Part shown: positions 57,171-64,000 of the stretch, one piece after another
How the letters are laid out: each line of letters starts with the position of its first letter
Numbering within the stretch: position 1 is the first letter of the stretch
Source of the DNA: Candidatus Dojkabacteria bacterium
GTDB taxonomy: Bacteria; Patescibacteriota; Dojkabacteria; B142; JAFGFJ01
Reading direction: 5' to 3'
Length of the DNA: 64,000 nucleotides
Assembly: GCA_016931155.1 (NCBI GenBank)
Contig: JAFGFJ010000006.1
Location: 220,389 to 284,388 of the forward strand
Notes under the pieces: generated by a model
What the model saw: only the letters and a program-made list of their open reading frames with translations
The model's database searches: none
Told to the model about the DNA's origin: nothing
Program-made: the position numbers and the translations under genes

Positions 57171-59545
57171 TTACTTATTGTCTTTTCAAATAATGGTTTG
57201 TAATTTTTTTCATAAATTTCATCCCACAAAAAATTCTTCACCTTTTTAAAATTGGTATTTTTGATCTTTTCAATTCTTGTTTTTGATTTGAATAATCTTA
57301 CAAATTTTTGTTTCAGTTCCTCTAAATTCCCGAAATCGAATAGATATCCGTTTTCTTCTTCTTTAATTAAAAAATTCCCCCCCTCAGTTCTCGTACTTAT
57401 TATCGCATTCCTCTTTGCCATTGCTTCTACTATGACGATCCCAAATGCTTCCCACTGGCTTGGAAGTATTGAGATGTCGGATCTTTGTACAATTTGGTCT
57501 CTAATTTCATCAGAAGGATTCTCCAGTATTTTTACGTACTTTTTCAATTTGTTTTCTTTTATTATCATTTCATAGACAACCTTTTCTGTAACATCACGAC
57601 CCATAATAAAAAACATAATGTCTTTATACTTTTTAGTCAGTTCAGGAAGTACGTTCAAAACCTGATCAACTCCTTTGTATTTATTAAATCTGCCGACATA
57701 TGAGATTACAGTCTTCCCGGCAAGCCTGTACTGCCTCTCAATTTTTTTTGTATTTAGTTCCTCAAGTAACTCCGTGTCAATTCCGTTTGGGACATATCTG
57801 ATCTTTTTCCGATCCATCCCATAAAGAGAAGACATCCACTCTTTTTGAGTATCATTGTCGTCTATCATTATATTGAAAAGTGAATTCGCATAAAGTCTAA
57901 TGATTGATGAAAATATTTTTTTGATAAGATTTTTAACAATTCCGTAATCTGGTAGCGACATAAAAGGACCGTGCGGTGTATTAATAAATCTGGTGTGTTT
58001 ACTAAATATTTTTTTGATTATCAAACAAAAATCCTGCCACAAAAATCCTATTCCGATCGAGTGCACGTAGTCCAGCTTTGTGTGTAGAAGTTTAAATAGA
58101 AGACCGGGATAAAATAGCAGGTAATATGAATTATTTAATTTTTTGAATCTGTGGATTCTGATTCCTTCATACTCCTCTTCAGCAGGAAGACCTTTGTTTC
58201 CTGAGGTAAAGACTTCAACTTGATAGTTATCCTTTGCAAGCCTTTTCCCAAGGCTGAGAGCATTGTGTTCAGCACCACCTTTTTGAGGATAGAAAAACGG
58301 GATTACTATTCCCACCTTACCTCTGGTGCTGGAGTATAAATTTTCAAATGAGCTTACTGTCATTTCTGTTGTTTTTGTCCAGCTGAATTGTTTTGCTCTT
58401 GCGAGTCCTTTTTTTCTCATTTCTTTTCGGAGACCCTGTTCGATCAGGATACGATTCATTGCCAGAGAAATTTGTTTTTCATTTTTTGGTTCTACAAGGA
58501 TCGCTGCATCACCCAGTACTTCAGGATATGAAGTTTTATTTGCTGCAATGACGGGTGCCCCTGCGGCAAGAGCCTCAAGAACTGATAACCCGAATCCTTC
58601 ATACTCGGAAAGATGAACAAATGCTTCTGCATTTTGAAGCAAGGTGGTCATATGTTTTTCATCTATTCGTCCAGGGAAGTGTACTCTGTGTTCAAGCTGA
58701 AGTTTTTTAATTTTTTCAAAAAGTAGACTTGCAGTTTTAGTTTGGGGGTGTGCTTTGTTGTCCCATCCAAGCTTAAACTCATTCGAAACAATCACCAGTT
58801 TAAGGTCAGGATGTCTTTGTGAGATCCTCTGAAAGGATGATATAAGTGTCTCTATGTTTTTATTTGGTTCCAGTCCACCATAGTATAGGAAATATGGTCT
58901 TGTAATTCGATAAGTCATTAACGTTCTTTTTTTATCTTTTTCTTCTTCCGTGCTTGCGTCATTAAAAAAATTTTCTGAAACGGCGAGTGGGGTAACGACA
59001 ATCTTTTTGGGATCAAATCCTCCTTTGTTTACGAGCTCATTTTTTGAAAATTCAGAGATAGTAATTATTAAATCTGCTTCTCTTGCTCTTATGAGATTAT
59101 TCCGATAGAAGTCTCCTTTGAGCGAATTAAAAATACCTCCTTTACTGGAGTATTTATTGGTTACAAGAGGAACGATGTCGTGGACAACAACTGCTACTCT
59201 AGTTTTTCCAATAGGCAGACCCCTTTCCATGTGGGTTGCAAAATATAAATCGGGTTTCACCTTTTTAATAATTGGAAGGTATTTAAGAGAAAAAAAAAGA
59301 GAATTAAAAACATTTGAAGGTCTGGTTTTTCCTAGTGAATGGAAAACAATTTTATCGCCTTTTCTTGTTTTAAGAAGTCGCAGATTACTTTTTTCATCAT
59401 CAAAACCAAGCAGGTGCCACTCATGGTTTGGAATTTTTACAAGACCGGAAGTAATATTCAGTCCATATCTCCCTATACCTCTTCCGGAATATTGGTCTTT
59501 TAAAAAAGTTATATCAATAGCAATTTTCATTTTTCTCTCTATCAA
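57167..59545 (-). CDS. Tandem double GT4 glycosyltransferase
   Basis: Two GT-B units, each with its own signature: EGFGLSVLEA and EAFGIVIVEA. Confidence 0.9.
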   Translation of the reverse strand: MIERKMKIAIDITFLKDQYSGRGIGRYGLNITSGLVKIPNHEWHLLGFDDEKSNLRLLKTRKGDKIVFHSLGKTRPSNVFNSLFFSLKYLPIIKKVKPDLYFATHMERGLPIGKTRVAVVVHDIVPLVTNKYSSKGGIFNSLKGDFYRNNLIRAREADLIITISEFSKNELVNKGGFDPKKIVVTPLAVSENFFNDASTEEEKDKKRTLMTYRITRPYFLYYGGLEPNKNIETLISSFQRISQRHPDLKLVIVSNEFKLGWDNKAHPQTKTASLLFEKIKKLQLEHRVHFPGRIDEKHMTTLLQNAEAFVHLSEYEGFGLSVLEALAAGAPVIAANKTSYPEVLGDAAILVEPKNEKQISLAMNRILIEQGLRKEMRKKGLARAKQFSWTKTTEMTVSSFENLYSSTRGKVGIVIPFFYPQKGGAEHNALSLGKRLAKDNYQVEVFTSGNKGLPAEEEYEGIRIHRFKKLNNSYYLLFYPGLLFKLLHTKLDYVHSIGIGFLWQDFCLIIKKIFSKHTRFINTPHGPFMSLPDYGIVKNLIKKIFSSIIRLYANSLFNIMIDDNDTQKEWMSSLYGMDRKKIRYVPNGIDTELLEELNTKKIERQYRLAGKTVISYVGRFNKYKGVDQVLNVLPELTKKYKDIMFFIMGRDVTEKVVYEMIIKENKLKKYVKILENPSDEIRDQIVQRSDISILPSQWEAFGIVIVEAMAKRNAIISTRTEGGNFLIKEEENGYLFDFGNLEELKQKFVRLFKSKTRIEKIKNTNFKKVKNFLWDEIYEKNYKPLFEKTISN

Positions 59546-59640
59546 AAAGACTAATGCTGATTATACCACTTCGTTTATCTAGTTTGGCGAAATGTTCATT
59601 AAAAGATATAATCAGCAATAATACTTCTAATTATTTTCTT

Positions 59641-60618
59641 ATGGATAAAAAAGGATGTTTGATTTTCGGAGGAATTTTCTTTCTGATCTTCGTGATTTGT
59701 TTTTGTTCTTTTTCTTTTTTTCTTGTGAGCATAGGAAGCTCGACCGGTATGACTCAGGAAGGGATAATAGAGACAACACTTAAGGATGGAATCTCAAAAG
59801 AAAAGATTGCTGTAATTGATCTGGAGGGAGTAATTATTTCAGATTCCTCAGGTGTTTACAATGGAGATGATATGGTTCAAAGAGTGGTTAAGAAGCTTAA
59901 AAAAGTGCAGAAAGATGATTCATATAAAGCTGTAATTTTAAGGATAAACACTCCTGGAGGGACGGTCTTTGACAGCGACAAAATCGCAAATGAAGTAATA
60001 AAGACAAAAAATAAGGGGAAAATAGTCGTTGCTCTGATGGAAGAATCAGCGACTTCGGGTGGATACTACGTTGCCTCAGCAGCAAATAAAATAATAGCCT
60101 CTGAGGTTACGGTTACGGGTAGTATAGGTGCTGTCAGCCAGATAATTGAGCTTGGTGGGCTCTATGAGAAACTTGGGGTCGAAGTTATAACTATTACCAA
60201 TACCAGCGGGGATGTCAAAACCTTTGAGAATATTGGGGATCCGGATAGTAAAGATAGAAAAGTATATGAGCAACTTCTTGATGATAATTTCGATGCTTTT
60301 GTGAATATGATTGACGACAACAGGGAGCTTTCAAGAGAGGAAATATTGGAACTCGCTGATGGAAGTATTTACAGTGGGAAAAGAGCATTGGAACTTGGTT
60401 TGGTTGACGAACTTGGTGATATGGACGATGCGCTGGATACGGCTTCATGTGAAGCAGCTCTTTCAAATCCTAAAGTAATTGAGCTTGCTGATCCACAGGA
60501 TTTTTTCTCCAGCTTATTTGGACCTTCCTATATCAAGTCTTTGAAAGTAATTGATAACTTTAACAATAAAACGAATGTGGAACCGGGAATTTATACCTGG
60601 TACATAGCTGTTCCTTAG
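59641..60618 (+). CDS. sppA: Signal peptide peptidase SppA (S49)
   Basis: INTPGG, ATSGGYY, TGSIG, GLVDELG. Confidence 0.93.
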   Translation: MDKKGCLIFGGIFFLIFVICFCSFSFFLVSIGSSTGMTQEGIIETTLKDGISKEKIAVIDLEGVIISDSSGVYNGDDMVQRVVKKLKKVQKDDSYKAVILRINTPGGTVFDSDKIANEVIKTKNKGKIVVALMEESATSGGYYVASAANKIIASEVTVTGSIGAVSQIIELGGLYEKLGVEVITITNTSGDVKTFENIGDPDSKDRKVYEQLLDDNFDAFVNMIDDNRELSREEILELADGSIYSGKRALELGLVDELGDMDDALDTASCEAALSNPKVIELADPQDFFSSLFGPSYIKSLKVIDNFNNKTNVEPGIYTWYIAVP

Positions 60619-60632
60619 TTGGACTTAATAAT

Positions 60633-61292
60633 ATGGAAATTACTGCTCTTGTTAGGGGTAAAAGGTCGAGCAGAATAAATGTGTTTGTTGATAAGGAGTA
60701 TTCCTTTTCTGTTGAGGAAACTACCCTTACCAGGGAAAATCTTTTCAGAGGGAAGAAAATTTCAGAAAAAGAAATAGACAAAATTAAAGAAAAGGATTTG
60801 GTTGAAAAACTCATATTCCGGTGCGTTGAGCTGATTGGAAGGAGACCAAGAAGCAGGGGGGAAATTAGGCGTTATGTGGAAGGAAAGCTGAGGAATAAAA
60901 AGTATTATGATTTTTCGAAGGAGGAAATTGAAAATGTTTGCAGCAAGGTCGCTGAAAGAATGGAATCTAAAGGATATGTAGATGATAAAGAATTTGCTGG
61001 GTGGTGGGTGAGAAGTAGAAAGGAACATCGGCCCAGAGGTCAGATTGTTTTGAGGCAGGAGCTCATTAAAAAAGGAATAGAAAAGGAAATAATTGATGAA
61101 GTATTGGAGAATAGTTATGATAAAAGTGTTGAATTAGAAACAGCATTAAGCCTTGTCAAAAGAGAATTGGAAAGTCTCAGGAATAAGGATATAGCAAAAA
61201 TAGAAATCAAATTAAAGCTTTCAAGATTTCTAGGAGGAAAAGGCTATAGATGGGGAATTATCAGCGAAGTATTTAAGCAATTGGGTTTGTGA
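60633..61292 (+). CDS. recX: Regulatory protein RecX
   Basis: RPRSRGEI, GYVDDKEFA, RQELIKKGI, FLGGKGY. Confidence 0.88.
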   Translation: MEITALVRGKRSSRINVFVDKEYSFSVEETTLTRENLFRGKKISEKEIDKIKEKDLVEKLIFRCVELIGRRPRSRGEIRRYVEGKLRNKKYYDFSKEEIENVCSKVAERMESKGYVDDKEFAGWWVRSRKEHRPRGQIVLRQELIKKGIEKEIIDEVLENSYDKSVELETALSLVKRELESLRNKDIAKIEIKLKLSRFLGGKGYRWGIISEVFKQLGL

Positions 61293-61474
61293 AAAGTACA
61301 GTATTTTTTATTAAGCAATAATAATACTTGACAGGCTTACCGCAGCATTAAGTCTTTTTCAATTCTTATGATGATACTGAAACAGGCAAGGGCTGTAATC
61401 AAATTTTTTGACTATTGTCAAAATAGAGAAGATGTATTATTATCTGTCACATCAAATTTTTTCTGATTATTTTT

Positions 61475-61789
61475 ATGAATACTCTTGGTGAAAGAATAAA
61501 GCAGGCACGTGTTGAAGCAAAACTTTCTCAGCTTGAGGTGGGGGTGGCTCTTGCTGTTTCAGATAAAACAATAAGCGGGTATGAGTCGGGGCGCATTAGT
61601 CCTCCGATCGATAATCTTATGAAGTTAGCTGATCTACTAAAGAAGCCTGTAGGCTATTTTATCGGTGTTGATCCCAGACAATATAGTGTAGGATCAAGAC
61701 TTAGAGGAGTTGAAATAGCACTTCGGGAAATTAGAAAAGAGTTGAGAGAAATTAAAACTGGACTTGGAGGTAGTTATCCAGGTTCGTGA
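61475..61789 (+). CDS. XRE family HTH transcriptional regulator
   Basis: RIKQAR...LSQ...TISGYESG...P. Confidence 0.9.
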   Translation: MNTLGERIKQARVEAKLSQLEVGVALAVSDKTISGYESGRISPPIDNLMKLADLLKKPVGYFIGVDPRQYSVGSRLRGVEIALREIRKELREIKTGLGGSYPGS

Positions 61790-61878
61790 ATCTGGGCTGA
61801 GAAATACGTAATTAGTCACTTATTCTTGTTCGATTTACTCTGAGGTGATAAAATCAAACCTGCTATCAATATAAATCA

Positions 61879-62478
61879 ATGAATACAAATGTGCTGGAAA
61901 AAATAGAAAAGGGTCAGAGAAAAGGTAAAATGGTCAGCTTCAATGTGGGTGACAGTATTGCTGTTCATAGTGTTATTGATAAAGATAAAGAAGGGAAAGA
62001 GCGTGTTCAGATCTTTAAAGGTATTGTTCTGAAGGTTAAAGGATCCGGGATTGGAAAGACCTTTGTAGTAAGAAAAATCGCTCATGGGGGGATTGGTGTG
62101 GAAAAGACGATTCTTATGAATTCTCCTCTTATCAAAAAAATAGAATTTATAAAAAAGGGTAAGGTCAGGAAGGCAAAGCTTTATTACATGAGAAAAAGAA
62201 TAGGAAAAGCTGCCTTGAAAATAATGGAGGGGACAATGAGTGAAAAGGAGATGAAAGAGTTGGAGGAGGCTATGGAGGAACAGAAAAAGGAGAGGAAAGA
62301 GGGAACTGAAGAAGAAAATAATTCAGAAATTTCTGAAGGACAAACGAAAAAAGAGGAACAGAATTCTGCTGTAGAGAATATGGAGAAAACAAAGGACAAA
62401 AAGGAAAATCAAATGACTAATGAAAAGGACGGGGAGAAGAAAGATAATAAGAATGTCGAAGAAGAAAATAAAGGATAA
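61879..62478 (+). CDS. rplS: 50S ribosomal protein L19 with acidic C-terminal extension
   Basis: GD...ERVQIFKGIV, FVVRKI..GIGVEK, GKVRKAKLYYMR. Confidence 0.95.
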   Translation: MNTNVLEKIEKGQRKGKMVSFNVGDSIAVHSVIDKDKEGKERVQIFKGIVLKVKGSGIGKTFVVRKIAHGGIGVEKTILMNSPLIKKIEFIKKGKVRKAKLYYMRKRIGKAALKIMEGTMSEKEMKELEEAMEEQKKERKEGTEEENNSEISEGQTKKEEQNSAVENMEKTKDKKENQMTNEKDGEKKDNKNVEEENKG

Positions 62479-62481
62479 AGA

Positions 62482-62535
62482 AAAGATAAAGATAAAGACA
62501 AAGATAAAGACAAAGACAAAGACAAAGACAAAGAC
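62482..62535. repeat. (AAAGAY)9 microsatellite
   Basis: Nine hexamers directly after the rplS stop. Confidence 0.9.
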
Positions 62536-62586
62536 TCGAGGCTTTAGTTGCGATGAGTCTACAGAATAACAACTTCTAGAATTACA

Positions 62587-63207
62587 ATGTCCATTAGCTG
62601 TAAGGGTTTAAAGCCAGACTACGAATACGAGTTGTTTGCAAAGGGTTTTAGTCGGGTAGTGGGAATAGATGAAGTTGGGAGAGGGGCATGGGCTGGACCG
62701 CTTGTACTTGCCGCATATATTTTTACCCAGGAAGGAGAATTTGTTGAAGGAGTAAATGACTCGAAGAAAATTTCAAAAAAGAAGAGAAAAATGTTATCGG
62801 TTGACCTCAAAAGCAATTCTTCAATCATTGAGGTAGAGGCTAAAAGAATAGATGATATGGGTGTGGGTGTTGCAACTGAATGGGCAATTTTGGAGCTTAT
62901 TAATAAGTTAAATTCTCCGGATACCTATTTTCTGATTGACGGAAAATTCCCTTCAATTCAATCTGTAAGGACAGAAATAGTAATTGGTGGCGATGCAAGG
63001 TTCTATTCAGTTGCCTGTGCATCAATTATTGCAAAAGTTTACAGAGATAATCTCATGTGTAGTTACTCCGTTAATTTTCCTCAATATGGTTTTGAAAAAC
63101 ATGTTGGTTATGGAACAGAAATGCACCTGAAAGCAATAAGAAGCCTTGGTTTAACTTCCCTACACAGGAAGTCCTACAAGCCAATCCGGGCATTTATTTG
63201 TGATTGA
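62587..63207 (+). CDS. rnhB: Ribonuclease HII
   Basis: GIDEVGRGAWAGP, DSKK, IDG, ASIIAKVYRD, GYGT..H. Confidence 0.96.
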   Translation: MSISCKGLKPDYEYELFAKGFSRVVGIDEVGRGAWAGPLVLAAYIFTQEGEFVEGVNDSKKISKKKRKMLSVDLKSNSSIIEVEAKRIDDMGVGVATEWAILELINKLNSPDTYFLIDGKFPSIQSVRTEIVIGGDARFYSVACASIIAKVYRDNLMCSYSVNFPQYGFEKHVGYGTEMHLKAIRSLGLTSLHRKSYKPIRAFICD

Positions 63208-63289
63208 CGAAGAAAGATGCGAAATTTGTAAGGATTTTGTAAAGTTTTTGTACTCATAATGATAACGTATTACTTTTTACATTATCTAA

Positions 63290-64000
63290 ATGAGCAAATT
63301 AAAGACAGCTCTAGCTAGTTCGTTTGCTGTGCTTATTGCCCTAACTTTGCTTCTTGTGGGCTTCTCTCAAGCCAAGGCGTGCAATGGGAACAATATGGGC
63401 AAGTGGAAGAAGTATCTTTTCTACGATGATTTTGTAGGCAGAACTTTTTTTAAGGATGAGAAAAGCTGGGCGCAGTGGTATAGGTATGAATACAATTTGG
63501 ATGGAGCAGCAAGTTATGTAAAACTACCTAGAGCCAGTGCATTAAGATTGATGGTAGATGAAAAAGCTACAGATGTTTATTACTCCAATGCCGACATATC
63601 TACTTCAGAAATAAACAATTATCAGGGAAGGTTTTTGTTCGGGGAAAATACCAAGGTATCGGTAAGAATGAGGTATAGTCCGAATATAAATGCAGATCCT
63701 GCAACTCCAGCGGGAGCGAAAGGCTCGGCCGGATTACTATTTTGGAACTATTTTCTTGGACCAGTTGATCCTGAACTTAAAGATCTTACAAAAGTTAGGG
63801 ATGCGTTTGGCTTTGTCTGGCAGGATGAAGGTTCTGTTCCCACTCCTGGTTTTTGGGAAATTGCAGTTGCACAAGGAGTTCCAGGTGAGTATCTACCTGA
63901 CTATGATGTAGATCTCTCACAGTATCATGTGTACTCACTGGAAAGAAGACATGATTCAATGAAGTACTTTATTGATGGGCAGCTTGTCCATACTGTACTT
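63290..64000 (+). CDS. Secreted GH16/ConA-like domain protein, 3'-truncated by window edge
   Basis: Signal peptide MSKLKTALASSFAVL..., FYDDF, YHVYSLE...KYFIDGQLVHT. Confidence 0.65.
   Translation, partial: MSKLKTALASSFAVLIALTLLLVGFSQAKACNGNNMGKWKKYLFYDDFVGRTFFKDEKSWAQWYRYEYNLDGAASYVKLPRASALRLMVDEKATDVYYSNADISTSEINNYQGRFLFGENTKVSVRMRYSPNINADPATPAGAKGSAGLLFWNYFLGPVDPELKDLTKVRDAFGFVWQDEGSVPTPGFWEIAVAQGVPGEYLPDYDVDLSQYHVYSLERRHDSMKYFIDGQLVHTVL

Overview
AT-rich bacterial chromosome segment using the standard code (TAA, TAG and TGA all end genes). Gene content and style suggest a Candidate Phyla Radiation/Patescibacteria-type genome; this is inference only. Housekeeping genes (gatB, tsaE/tsaB, recJ, glyA, folD, CarD, DEAD helicase, znuACB, sppA, recX, rplS, rnhB, glycosyltransferases, seven tRNAs) flank a ~17-kb accessory region starting at tRNA-His (18360-18437). 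Main observation: a large serine recombinase gene reads antisense into tRNA-His. Downstream lie five same-orientation intergenic att-like sites (~27213, 29328, 30617, 31654, 35620), each combining a conserved non-tRNA arm (T(T/A)CCAAAAYT...) with, in most copies, the tRNA-His 3' end. They divide the region into one autonomous ~8.8-kb element (recombinase, Vsr, EcoRII-like RM, Rep-like, SpoVG-like, ATPase) and four integrase-less units of 1-4 kb (AbiE toxin-antitoxin, unknown ORF, phosphotransferase, membrane/secreted proteins). On the minus strand each conserved arm encodes, in frame with the recombinase, an alternative C-terminus (K/E)(E/K)FW(N/Y/K). This suggests an integron-like, tRNA-anchored serine-recombinase cassette array whose recombinase tail is swapped by recombination. 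Product calls rest on motif recognition by eye; no database search was run.
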